Origin: an uncultured Sphingomonas sp. | Lineage (GTDB): Bacteria; Pseudomonadota; Alphaproteobacteria; Sphingomonadales; Sphingomonadaceae | Assembly (NCBI RefSeq): GCF_934560975.1 | Contig: NZ_CAKTFO010000008.1 | Coordinates: 21,940 to 85,939 of the forward strand | Direction of reading: 5' to 3' | Length of the DNA stretch: 64,000 nt | Shown here: positions 9,294-20,276 of the stretch, in pieces | Numbering within the stretch: the stretch's first letter is position 1 | How the letters are laid out: the number at the start of each line of letters is the position of its first letter | Translations under genes and position numbers: made by a program | Notes under the pieces: model-generated | The model's input: the letters and a program-made list of their open reading frames with translations, nothing else | Databases searched by the model: none | Told to the model about the DNA's origin: nothing

Positions 9294-10478
9294 CTAGGCC
9301 ATCAGGATCCTGTCGAGGGAGAGGCGGAACTTTTGCATGTCCTGGGCGGACCCGACCGTCACCCGCGACATCCGGGGATAGGCGCTCCAGGAGCGGCCGA
9401 TCTGCACGCCCTGGTTCAGGAATGCGGCCATCATCTGCTCGGGCGTCTGGGTCTTCCACTCGACCATGAACATGTTGGCGCGGCTGCCCGGCAGATATTT
9501 CAGGCCCCGCTTACTGACATGGGCCAAAGTTTCCTCGCGCACGGCGGTCATCTGATTGCGGCGCGCGGCGATCTGGTCCGCCAGCGGCAAGGACGCAGTG
9601 CCGCACGCGACCGCCGTCATCGGCAACATGCCGGTGACCTGCTGGCCGTCATAGCGCATCATGCGATCGTGCAGGTCGTTGGACGCGATGGTCAGGCCCA
9701 GCCGCATCCCCGCCATGCCGAACAGCTTGGAGAAGGTGCGCATCACCACCACGTCGTTGCGCGTCCCCGCCAGCTTCGCGGCACTGGGCGTGCCGGCGAA
9801 GTGGATATAGGCCTCGTCCACCAGCAGGATGGCGTCCTTGGGCTTGTTGTCCGCCAGCCACGCGATATCCTCCAGCGGCGTCAGCGTGCCGGTCGGGTTG
9901 TTGGGCGAGCAGATGTAATACAGACCGGCATTCGGGTCCGCCGCCAGCATCCCGCGCACGTCGTGGCGATAGTCTGCGGTCAGCGGAACCTTGGTCACCT
10001 TGGTGTTCAGCCACGCGCCGGTTCGCCAGATCGCCTCATAGGTAGGATCGGCGGTGACGATACCGCGCGTGGGCGAGGCGAAGCTGATGGCCGCACGGTT
10101 GAGCGGGTCGCTCGATCCGGGCCAGGCGGTGACGCGCTCGACCGGCACGCCCTCGATCGCGGCGACAGTCTGGAACAGCTTGGCGTGGTTCTCCTCCGGC
10201 TCGTAGCGATTGCCGCGCGAGACGATGTCCATCGCCGCCTGCGCGCCTGCCGGCAGCGGCCCAGTCCAGCACTCGTTCGCCCCGATCCGGACGGCGCCGA
10301 CCACCGCCCTGGCCGCCTGCTGCGCAAAGGCCGGGGCCGTTCGCGTCAGGGCAATGCCGCCGCCCAGCAGGGCCGCGATCCTGGCAAGGTCGCGCCGGCC
10401 GTAGCCGCGGTCGAGCAGGTCGTCGCGCACTTCGCGCCGGCCGATCCTGGCCGCGACATCCGCGTCTTGCGTCATCAT
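9294..10478 (-). CDS. Tat-exported HisC-like PLP aminotransferase (class I/II)
   Basis: GRRDLARIAALLGGG...AFA Tat signal; ICSPNNPTG, DEAY, RTFSKLFGMAGMRLG. Confidence 0.88.
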   Translation of the reverse strand: MMTQDADVAARIGRREVRDDLLDRGYGRRDLARIAALLGGGIALTRTAPAFAQQAARAVVGAVRIGANECWTGPLPAGAQAAMDIVSRGNRYEPEENHAKLFQTVAAIEGVPVERVTAWPGSSDPLNRAAISFASPTRGIVTADPTYEAIWRTGAWLNTKVTKVPLTADYRHDVRGMLAADPNAGLYYICSPNNPTGTLTPLEDIAWLADNKPKDAILLVDEAYIHFAGTPSAAKLAGTRNDVVVMRTFSKLFGMAGMRLGLTIASNDLHDRMMRYDGQQVTGMLPMTAVACGTASLPLADQIAARRNQMTAVREETLAHVSKRGLKYLPGSRANMFMVEWKTQTPEQMMAAFLNQGVQIGRSWSAYPRMSRVTVGSAQDMQKFRLSLDRILMA

Positions 10479-10523
10479 CGTCTGACTCCCTTTATGATAT
10501 GGTGGGTTATCGGATTGCGCCGC

Positions 10524-11348
10524 TCAAAGCGCGTTGCGGAACATCAGGAGCGCGATCGCCACCAGGTAAAGACCGAACACGCGCTTCAGCATGGCGGGCT
10601 CCAGCGAGTGCGCCGCCGCGACGCCCAGCGGGGCGGTGAGGATGGACATGGACGCGATGGAGATGGTGGCCGGCATGTTCACATAGCCGAGCGAACCCCA
10701 GGGCAGCCCCTTGTCGTGCAGGCCGATCAGTGCGAAGCCGATCGCGCTGGGGATGGCGATCAGCGTGCCGACGCCCGACGCGGTGCCAACCGCGCGATGG
10801 ATCGAGCGGCCGCACAGCGTCATGATCATGATGGCAATGGTGCCGCCGCCGATGCCAAGCAGCGAGGAAAAGGCGCCCAGCCCGCCCGCCAGGCTGACCC
10901 GCAGCACGCCGGTCGGCATCTCCTGCGTCAACACGCGGTTGCTCAGGCGCGGGATCAGGAAGTTGAACGACATCAGCAGCACGCCGGTCGCGAAGATCAG
11001 CGTCAGGATGCGGCCGTTGACGTGGCTGGCGAGCACCACGCCCAAGCCGTCGCCCAGCACGATCCAGGGCGCCCATTGCTTCAAGATCTCGAAATCGACG
11101 GAGCCGCGCTTGGCATGGCTCATCACCGAGCGGATCGACGTGATGATGATGGTCGCGGCAGACGTTCCGATCGCGACATGGGCATATTGCGCGCTGTCCC
11201 CGCCCAATAGCGGCAGCATCAGCAGCAATGCCGGCACCACCACGAACCCGCCGCCGATTCCGAACAGTCCCGCCGCAAATCCGGCGGCAAGCCCCGCCAG
11301 CAGCAGTCCGATCGCGGGTACCAGCCAATCCAGTGAAACTACGGCCAT
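10524..11348 (-). CDS. TauE/SafE family exporter
   Basis: Duplicated GLFGIGGG / SLLGIGGG repeats, AIGTS / AVGTA, about 8 TM helices. Confidence 0.88.
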   Translation of the reverse strand: MAVVSLDWLVPAIGLLLAGLAAGFAAGLFGIGGGFVVVPALLLMLPLLGGDSAQYAHVAIGTSAATIIITSIRSVMSHAKRGSVDFEILKQWAPWIVLGDGLGVVLASHVNGRILTLIFATGVLLMSFNFLIPRLSNRVLTQEMPTGVLRVSLAGGLGAFSSLLGIGGGTIAIMIMTLCGRSIHRAVGTASGVGTLIAIPSAIGFALIGLHDKGLPWGSLGYVNMPATISIASMSILTAPLGVAAAHSLEPAMLKRVFGLYLVAIALLMFRNAL

Positions 11349-11522
11349 ATTATCCACCCCGAAGCTTTTGCGAATATCGGTGCGCCGCGTCGCTTTCCGG
11401 CCGACGATCCGGCATCCGGGCAGTATATCCTGCCTGATACCGCATTCCCGATCGTCGACCGACGCATTCACACCAAATCGAGGCGGGCCGTGCAGGCGTG
11501 CTGCGCGACCCGCCAACATGTA

Positions 11523-14057
11523 TCAGAAGCTGAACGTTACCCTGCCATAATAATAGCCGCCGTTGATGCCGTATGGGCTGAACGTCAGGGGTGCGTCGAA
11601 ATTGTTGCCCCCGTTGACGATCGTCTCGTCCGCAAGCACCTGGATCTTTGGCGGCTTCTTGTTGAACAGGTTGTTGGCGCCGGCGCTCAGCTCGATCACG
11701 CTGCTGAGCTTGTACGAAAGCTCCAGATCGGTAATCGCGGCGGTCTTGATCGTCTGGCGGTAATAGGTGCCGCCGTCCGGGCTCACATCCTGGCTGCTCT
11801 TGCCGTACAGCGTTTCACGCAACGTCACCGACAGCGCGTCCATGGTCCAGAAGGCGCCCGCGACCAGCTTCACCCGCGGTGATGCGCGTTCCAGGTTGCT
11901 GATCGCCTCGGCGTCGAACAGGGCCACCGGCCGGGTGCCGCCCGGCGGCGTCAGGGCCGCGGGTGCCAGGCCGATCTCGGTCAGCTTGGTCCTGTTATAG
12001 TTGGCGGACAGCGTCCAATTGACCGATCCCATCCCACCCAGCGGCGTCGTGTAGCTCGCGGTTACGTCGATGCCGCGCGTGCGGGTGTCGGCACCGTTGG
12101 TGAAGATGTTGATGCCGGTCTGGCTGACGGTGGGATCCAGCACGTTGCCGTTGGCGATGATCGCCGCCGTGACGCTGGGGAAGTTGATCGCCCCGCCGCT
12201 GCCGTAGAGCGATCCCGTACCCAGAATGCGATCCCGCACCTTCACCTGATAGGCATCCACCGTGACGGTCAGGCCGGGCGCGGGCGACAGCACGGTGCCC
12301 GCGCTGAAGTTGGTGGATTTTTCCGGCTTTAGATTGTCGAAGCCGAGCAGCTTCGCCGCCGCGGAATTGGCGGGCAGCTGCACAAAGGCCGACGTGGGCG
12401 ACACGTTCGTCGCGGAATAGAAGCTCTCGGCCAGGGTCGGCGCGCGGAAGCCGGTGGACACGGTGCCGCGCAGGGCGAAGGCGTCGGTGAAGTCGTAGCG
12501 ACCCGTGCCCTTGAAGATCACCCGACTGCCGAAGTCCGAATAATGTTCGTAGCGGACGGCGCCGTCGGCCTTCAGCCCCTCGACGGGCGTGAGCGCAATG
12601 TCAAGGTAGACGCTCTCCGCCTCGCGCTTGTGCGTGCCCGCGTCGGACGGGCGGAAACCCGGATAGGATTGGCCGCCTTCCTTGTAGATCGAGCCCGGAT
12701 CGCCCGATCCGATCGAATATTTATTCCAGCGATACTCGCCGCCGAACGCGACGTTCATCGGCTCGGCCATGCCGACGTCGATCTCGCGGCTGAAATCCAG
12801 GTTGCTGGTCCACTCCGCCGCCTTGAACGTGCCGTCATAGAAGCTGGTCGGGGTGAAATGGGTGTCGATGAACAGCGATCGATTGGCACTATTGATCGTG
12901 TAGATCTTGTTCTTGTCCTGGCCGTAGGTCGTGCTCAGGTCCCAGTGGAAACCGGCCACGTCACCCTTCAGGCCGCCGGTGATGGAATAATCATCCTCCC
13001 GGATCTTTTCACGCGGATTGAAGCCGTCCGCGTCGAAGATGATCGCGCCCGGCTGGCCCAGCCCGCCGGCGACCCCCAGCACCGGCGAGGCGACGATGCG
13101 GTCCGGCACGCGCAGGTTCTCATACGCGCTGGCGATCCGCTTGGAATAGCTGCCGAAGCTGTAGGCCTGTATGTCGCCGAAGGTGTAGCCGGCATTGAAC
13201 TGCGCATTGGTGAGGTACGAGCGGGCATCGCCGCTGATCCGGTTCACATAAGGGAAGCCCGGAATGTTGCGATACAGCGCCTGCTGCGCCGGAGAGAGCG
13301 AGGCGCGCAGCGCGCCGCTCGGGTCGGTCACCCGCGTGTCGAGCCCACCCACCTGGGTGAAGTCATGATAGCGGTGGAACAGGGTGACGTTGGCGAACCC
13401 GTCGTCCCCCAGCTTGGTGGCGAGGTGCGCGGTCGCGGCATAGGTATCGCCGCCGACATTGTAATTCTTACCGGCGGTCGCATAGCCCATGCCGCCTTCG
13501 GCATCGTCCTTGAGGATGATGTTGATGACGCCGGCGATCGCATCCGACCCATATTGCGCGGCCGCGCCATCCTCCAGAACCTCGATCCGCTTGATGGAGG
13601 ATGGGGAGATCAGGTCGAGATCGGGGGCGGCGGCGCCCTGATACGGTCCGCCGAGCACCGCCAGATTGGCCGTACCGTGCCGGCGCTTGCCGTTGACCAG
13701 CACCAGGGTGTGGTTCGGACTGAGGCCGCGCAGGCGGGCTGACAGGGTCAGGTTGGCCGTGTCGCCGCCGAACGCCTGCGCGGTGAAGGACGGCACGAGC
13801 TGCGTCAGCACCTGGTTGAGGTTGGGCTGGCCGACATGCTCGATCGCCTCCGAACTCAGCAGCTTGATCGGCGTCGCGCTTTCGGCGGCGGTAATGCCGC
13901 TCGCTCGGGTGCCGGTGACGATGATGTCGCCATCGGCGGCCACGCCCGCCCCGTTGGCGCCTTGGTTGCCCGGAAGAGATTGGGCCTGCACGCCTGCGGA
14001 CCCGGCGAGAATGGCTGTAAGCAACGCGTGTCGAGAAATCGCCGAAAACACCTTCAT
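11523..14057 (-). CDS. TonB-dependent receptor
   Basis: DIIVTGTR, LRGLSPNHTLVLVNGKRRH, GAAAQYGSDAIAGVINII, C-terminal F; GGGGG RBS before MKVFSA. Confidence 0.95.
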   Translation of the reverse strand: MKVFSAISRHALLTAILAGSAGVQAQSLPGNQGANGAGVAADGDIIVTGTRASGITAAESATPIKLLSSEAIEHVGQPNLNQVLTQLVPSFTAQAFGGDTANLTLSARLRGLSPNHTLVLVNGKRRHGTANLAVLGGPYQGAAAPDLDLISPSSIKRIEVLEDGAAAQYGSDAIAGVINIILKDDAEGGMGYATAGKNYNVGGDTYAATAHLATKLGDDGFANVTLFHRYHDFTQVGGLDTRVTDPSGALRASLSPAQQALYRNIPGFPYVNRISGDARSYLTNAQFNAGYTFGDIQAYSFGSYSKRIASAYENLRVPDRIVASPVLGVAGGLGQPGAIIFDADGFNPREKIREDDYSITGGLKGDVAGFHWDLSTTYGQDKNKIYTINSANRSLFIDTHFTPTSFYDGTFKAAEWTSNLDFSREIDVGMAEPMNVAFGGEYRWNKYSIGSGDPGSIYKEGGQSYPGFRPSDAGTHKREAESVYLDIALTPVEGLKADGAVRYEHYSDFGSRVIFKGTGRYDFTDAFALRGTVSTGFRAPTLAESFYSATNVSPTSAFVQLPANSAAAKLLGFDNLKPEKSTNFSAGTVLSPAPGLTVTVDAYQVKVRDRILGTGSLYGSGGAINFPSVTAAIIANGNVLDPTVSQTGINIFTNGADTRTRGIDVTASYTTPLGGMGSVNWTLSANYNRTKLTEIGLAPAALTPPGGTRPVALFDAEAISNLERASPRVKLVAGAFWTMDALSVTLRETLYGKSSQDVSPDGGTYYRQTIKTAAITDLELSYKLSSVIELSAGANNLFNKKPPKIQVLADETIVNGGNNFDAPLTFSPYGINGGYYYGRVTFSF

Positions 14058-14863
14058 CAAAGCCCCCTTTAACAAAGAATTACGGACCTCTCCTCGTGCA
14101 GGCGATCTGACGTCGCCATTATTCAAAATTCACAATTCACAACACAAGCTACCGCGCCGCAACAACGGCACATACACGATTGTAATTCTCTAGCTTGACG
14201 TGACGTTTTACAATTTTGATTCTTGCAACAGGGGCATTAGTAGTCAGCAAAATATTTTACCCGCAAGAGGTATATCAAGCAGGATTGATGCGCTGCCGCA
14301 ATTTGTCTTCCTGTCGCTTTTCTGCAACAAAGCAGACGCGGCGGCACATACCCCGGCGTGCATCCGCGGTTGGTGGCCGACATGAGACAGCCTTCCCCTG
14401 CGGAGAGCTGGAAAGGGCGCGCAACCTGCGGTCGGAGAGATCGGGCTATGGCGGCGATGCGCGGAGCCCACCGCCTCAACCGCCGTTCACGACAAAGGCA
14501 AGGCGCGCCATTTCGGCGTCGTGCCAACAGCAGGATCGCGTCGGCTGGCCGTGGCCGGGGCTTCGGCGGCGATGGCCGATGCAAATAGTGCAGGCGTAGG
14601 CCAACGACGCGTCCTCCACTTGCAGGCGACAGATCACCCGCACAAAAGGCCAATCATGCCTAAGAGGACGTCGACTCCTTCACCGGTCATTCGCCGGTTT
14701 GAGGTAAAGAGAACGTAACCCGCCGAACTCCGCAAGCATATTCGTGACACTATCGCGACAGCCGGCATGTTCGGGCCGAGTGCGGCAGATGTGCACCACT
14801 CGCCTTCCCCACAAAGGACCAGGCAGGCTTGCGCACGTCCGCCGACAATGCCTACCAGCCGGG

Positions 14864-15325
14864 ATGCGCATTGCCCTGTTCGAGCCCGAGATTGCGGGAA
14901 ATGTCGGTGCCGTTCTGCGGCTCGGCGCCTGTATGGGCGCGACGGTGGACCTGATCGAACCGATGGGATTTGCGTGGGACGATCGGCGCGTCAGGCGGAC
15001 CGCGATGGACTATATCAATCATGTCGCCGTGACGCGGCATGTCGATTTCGCTGCATTCCGCACGGCGATCGGTTCGCGACGGCTGGTGCTGTTCACCACC
15101 AAGAGCCAGCAATCGAGCTACGATTTCGGCTTCAGGGCGGACGATGTCCTGCTCTTCGGCAAGGAAAGCGCAGGCGTGCCGGCGCACATAGCCCAAGCGT
15201 GCGATGCCCGACTGCGCATTCCGATGCGGCCGGAGGTCCGATCGATGAACCTTGCCACGTCGGCAGCGCTGGCGCTGGGTGAAGCCCTGCGCCAGACCGC
15301 GACCTTGCCGGGCATTGCCGACTGA
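14864..15325 (+). CDS. trmL: tRNA (cytidine/uridine-34 2'-O)-methyltransferase
   Basis: MRIALFEPEIAGNVG, LIEPMGF, MDY, LFGKESAG, RSMNLA SPOUT motifs. Confidence 0.9.
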   Translation: MRIALFEPEIAGNVGAVLRLGACMGATVDLIEPMGFAWDDRRVRRTAMDYINHVAVTRHVDFAAFRTAIGSRRLVLFTTKSQQSSYDFGFRADDVLLFGKESAGVPAHIAQACDARLRIPMRPEVRSMNLATSAALALGEALRQTATLPGIAD

Positions 15326-15344
15326 AACCTTCGCGCCCGATCGC

Positions 15345-16790
15345 TCAGGCAGCGTGCCGGCGGGGTGTCGCGACCGGCGCATCATCCGGTTGCTCCACGT
15401 CCGCCTGCCCCGCGATCGGCTGCTCCACGATAGGAATGTCGATGGAGAAACTGGTTCCGACACCGCGTTCGGAGCGTACGGAAATGGTGCCTCCCATCAT
15501 CTCACAGAATTGCTGCGTCAGCGCGAGGCCCAGGCCGGTGCCGCCATAATGGCTGACCGTGTCGTTTTCGGCCTGGCCGAAGTTGCTGAAGATCCGGCCG
15601 ACCCCTTCCGGCGTCATGCCGATGCCATTGTCGGCCACCTCGATCAGCAGGCGGTCGCCCCCTGCCTGCGCGCGCCGGCCCACGGTCAGCATGATCGTGC
15701 CCTTGGTGGTGAACTTCGCCGCGTTGCTGAGCAGGTTGAGGATCGACTGTCGCACCTTGAGCGCGTCGAGATCCAACGTGCCGAGCTCGTCCTGCAGCTC
15801 GACCACCATACGATTGTCGCGCTTGGCGATCAGGGGTGATGCGGTAGCGACCACTTCGTCGATCAGCCCCGCAACCAGGATCGGCTCCGTCGTCAATTCC
15901 TGCCGATTGGCCTCGATCGCGGACAGGTCGATCGTGTTGTTGACCAGCGCCAGCAGGTGCCGTCCGGCGGCGTGGATGCGGTCGAGATCCTCCATCTTGC
16001 GATGCGCCTCGGGGCGCTCCTCGAAATTCTCGCGCAGGATGTCGGCATAGCCGATCACGGCGTTCAGCGGCGTGCGAAGCTCGTGGCTCATCTTGGCGAG
16101 AAAGATCGACTTCCGCTTGGACGCGCGCTCCGCCGCTTCCATCGCTTCGCGCAGCAGCGCCAGGTTGGTGCGCTGCTCGATCGTCTCCTGCTCCAGGTGC
16201 AGGCTGATCCGCATCACCCGCTCATAATAGAGCATCAGCAACGTCATGTAGACCAATGCGCTGATGATCGAGAATGTGTTGGCGAGGTATAGCCCCTTCG
16301 GGTCCAGCAATGTTGGAAACGCGCCATAGATCACGCGCGCGGCGAAAAAGGTCGCGAGCTGGACGGCGACGCCCACCAGCATGCGGGCGATGGCATCCGC
16401 CAGATAGAAGAAGCCCAGCGCCATCGCGATCAGGAACCAGGGCAGCAGCGGCGAGGCGATCCCGCCAAAGAAGAAGGAGCCGAACAGGCTCATCCCCACG
16501 ATCATCTGCACTGACAGGCCCGCGGCGATCGCCAGGCTGGCCGTCGCGCGCAGCACGAAGGGGATTGCCAGGAATGCGAGCACCATGGCTTCCAGCACCC
16601 ACAGCTGCCAGCTGCCGCCCGCCGACGTCCGGCTCAGGAAGAAGGTGACGGACTGCCCCATCAGCGGACCCGCCAGATGCAGCGCCACAAAGGTCCGCAG
16701 CATCATGTGGTCGGAGTCCGTCCCGCGCATCGCGTGCGGGATGAACCAGTTGATGAAGCGGTGAACCGACCTGAGCATCGTCTTTTCCAT
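15345..16790 (-). CDS. Membrane sensor histidine kinase (complete), sensor paralogue 1
   Basis: About 6 TM helices; H-box MSHELRTPLN, N-box NLLSNAAKF, G1 DNGIG, G2 GGTGLGL. Confidence 0.92.
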   Translation of the reverse strand: MEKTMLRSVHRFINWFIPHAMRGTDSDHMMLRTFVALHLAGPLMGQSVTFFLSRTSAGGSWQLWVLEAMVLAFLAIPFVLRATASLAIAAGLSVQMIVGMSLFGSFFFGGIASPLLPWFLIAMALGFFYLADAIARMLVGVAVQLATFFAARVIYGAFPTLLDPKGLYLANTFSIISALVYMTLLMLYYERVMRISLHLEQETIEQRTNLALLREAMEAAERASKRKSIFLAKMSHELRTPLNAVIGYADILRENFEERPEAHRKMEDLDRIHAAGRHLLALVNNTIDLSAIEANRQELTTEPILVAGLIDEVVATASPLIAKRDNRMVVELQDELGTLDLDALKVRQSILNLLSNAAKFTTKGTIMLTVGRRAQAGGDRLLIEVADNGIGMTPEGVGRIFSNFGQAENDTVSHYGGTGLGLALTQQFCEMMGGTISVRSERGVGTSFSIDIPIVEQPIAGQADVEQPDDAPVATPRRHAA

Positions 16791-16938
16791 GTTGCGGCAG
16801 GCGACGGTCTAACCGGCACGTTTTAACAAAAACCGACCACAGAGTTTACTTCGCTTTAGGATGATCTGGCTAAGTGCCCGTTCGTGTCCGGCTGGTTCGC
16901 CATTTGGATGCATGGCGACACCGGGGCGGGATGCACGA

Positions 16939-18342
<1,404 letters not shown>

Positions 18343-18362
18343 CAGAAAGCCGCACGGAGACC

Positions 18363-18725
18363 ATGACCAAGATTCTGATCGTCGAAGACAACGAACTCAA
18401 CCGCGACATGCTGCAACGTCGGCTGGAGCGTAAGGGCTACGAGGTCGTGTGCGCCGTTGACGGTCCACAGGGGATCGCAATGGCGACCAGCGAACGCCCC
18501 AACCTGATCCTGATGGATGTCGCCTTGGGCGAGATGGACGGATGGGAAGCAACACTCGCCATCCGGGCTGCACCCGCCACTGCCGATATCCCGGTGATCG
18601 CGCTGACCGCGCATGCGCTGGAGAGCGACCGCCGCCGAAGCGTGGAGGTGGGCTGCGTCGAGTTTGAAACCAAGCCCGTCTCGCTTCCGCAACTTATCGA
18701 AAAGATCGAACGGCACGCGGCCTGA
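18363..18725 (+). CDS. Single-domain response regulator (DivK/CheY-like)
   Basis: ILIVEDNELN, ILMD phosphoacceptor, IALTAHA, TKP; GGAGA RBS. Confidence 0.93.
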   Translation: MTKILIVEDNELNRDMLQRRLERKGYEVVCAVDGPQGIAMATSERPNLILMDVALGEMDGWEATLAIRAAPATADIPVIALTAHALESDRRRSVEVGCVEFETKPVSLPQLIEKIERHAA

Positions 18726-18774
18726 CGACGCCGACACCTTCCTGGGCCAACTCAATTCAACGGGGGACTGAATC

Positions 18775-20211
18775 ATGAGCAACACCAACATGACCGAACA
18801 CACCCACTTCGATGCGCTGGGCGGCAGCATGCGCGACTTCCGCTATCTGCCGGGCTCGGACCTGCTCGGCCGGGTGGAGGCGTTCTATGGATGGCAGCAG
18901 GCGCGCCGTTCCGCCGGCGTGTGGCCGCTCGGCCGCTCGACCGAGATGGGCGCGTTCAGCCGCGCGGTCGCCCGCACCGATGACGGCGCGCTGTTCCGTG
19001 GCGTGAACTTCGCCAGCCAGGACTATCTGAGCATGAACGCGCACCCGGCGATCCTGGACACGGCGATCCAGGCGATGCGCGATTATGGCGTCCATTCGGC
19101 CGGCTCCCCGGCGCTGGTCGGCAACACGTCGCTGTCGATCGCGCTGGAGCGCAAGATCGGCGACTTCCTCGGCTATGATCATGTGGCGCTGTTCCCGACC
19201 GGCTGGGCGGCCGGCTTCGGCGTGATCAAGGGGCTGGTGCGAGCGAGCGACCATATCGTGATGGACGCGCTGAGCCACGCCTGCCTGCAGGAAGGGGCGC
19301 AAGCCGCGACACGCAACATCCACCTGTTCCGCCACAACCAGGTCGAGCAGCTGCGCGCCAAGCTGGCGAACATCCGCGCCAAGGACACCAGCAACGGCAT
19401 CCTGGTCGTCACCGAAAGCCTGTTCTCGATGGATTCGGACGTGCCGGATATCCGCGCCATGCAGCAGGCGGCACACGAATATGGTGCGACCCTGATGGTG
19501 GACGTGGCGCACGATCTCGGCAATCTCGGACCCACCGGACGCGGCATGATCGAGGTTCAGGGCATGTTGGGCCAGGTCGACGTGGTGATGGGCTCCTTCT
19601 CCAAGACGTTCGCCTCCAACGGCGGCTTCGTCGCGGCGCGCGGGCGCGCGGTGAAGGAATATATGCGCTACTACAGCTCGCCCAACACCTTCTCCAATGC
19701 GCTGTCGCCGGCGCAGGCGGCGATCGCCGGCAAGGCGTTCGACATCATCCAGTCGGACGAAGGCGCACAGCTGCGCGCCAAGCTGATGGACAATATCCTG
19801 ACGCTGCGGAAGCTGCTCGCCGGCTGCGGCCTCGAAACCTATGGCGAACCGTCCGCCATCGTCTGCGTGAAGATGGGCAGCGAGGCGCTGGCACGACTGG
19901 TCAGCCGCCGCCTGCCTGCTCTAGGCATGCTCGCCAATCTGGTCGAATTCCCGGCGGTGCCCAAGGGGCAGGCGCGCTTCCGCCTCCAGGTCATGGCCAA
20001 CCACACGCAGCATGACATCGTCGATGCGGTGCATCGCCTGTCGACAGCCGTGGCGGAAGCCGGCAAGGATCTGGACGCGCTGGACCAGGGCCATGCCACC
20101 CTCGCCACCTTGGACCAACACCGCCCGCTGCCGCAGGCGTCGCACATGGATGAAGCGGCGGTCTCCGACACCCTGCCGATCGAGCAGGAACCCCTGCGCG
20201 CGGCATCGTAG
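18775..20211 (+). CDS. PLP-dependent alpha-oxoamine synthase (BioF/Kbl/SPT/CqsA family)
   Basis: NFASQDYL, FPTGW, DALSHAC, FRHN, ESLFSMD, DVAHDLG, GSFSK (PLP Lys), FPAVPKGQARFR. Confidence 0.9.
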   Translation: MSNTNMTEHTHFDALGGSMRDFRYLPGSDLLGRVEAFYGWQQARRSAGVWPLGRSTEMGAFSRAVARTDDGALFRGVNFASQDYLSMNAHPAILDTAIQAMRDYGVHSAGSPALVGNTSLSIALERKIGDFLGYDHVALFPTGWAAGFGVIKGLVRASDHIVMDALSHACLQEGAQAATRNIHLFRHNQVEQLRAKLANIRAKDTSNGILVVTESLFSMDSDVPDIRAMQQAAHEYGATLMVDVAHDLGNLGPTGRGMIEVQGMLGQVDVVMGSFSKTFASNGGFVAARGRAVKEYMRYYSSPNTFSNALSPAQAAIAGKAFDIIQSDEGAQLRAKLMDNILTLRKLLAGCGLETYGEPSAIVCVKMGSEALARLVSRRLPALGMLANLVEFPAVPKGQARFRLQVMANHTQHDIVDAVHRLSTAVAEAGKDLDALDQGHATLATLDQHRPLPQASHMDEAAVSDTLPIEQEPLRAAS

Positions 20212-20219
20212 CACCATTC

Positions 20220-20235
20220 TTAACCCGGATTTTAC
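20220..20235 (+). promoter_or_regulatory. CtrA-like box upstream of double-OmpW gene
   Basis: TTAA-CCCGGAT-TTTAC, one mismatch to TTAA-N7-TTAAC. Confidence 0.45.
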
Positions 20236-20276
20236 CTCGGCAAGCCAGGATGCTGCCGAGAAGGAACCCACTGACC

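Noticed and set aside
14069..14083. TTAA-N7-TTAC next to the TBDR RBS as a CtrA box
   Set aside because: Sits in a broadly AT-rich stretch where such matches are expected by chance.
18363..18725. Calling the receiver divK
   Set aside because: DivK-like start but divergent elsewhere and not next to pleD; treated as a paralogue-type single-domain receiver.
18775..20211. Naming the synthase cqsA, bioF, kbl or spt
   Set aside because: Motifs and context fit none cleanly; only family-level assignment is supportable without a phylogeny.
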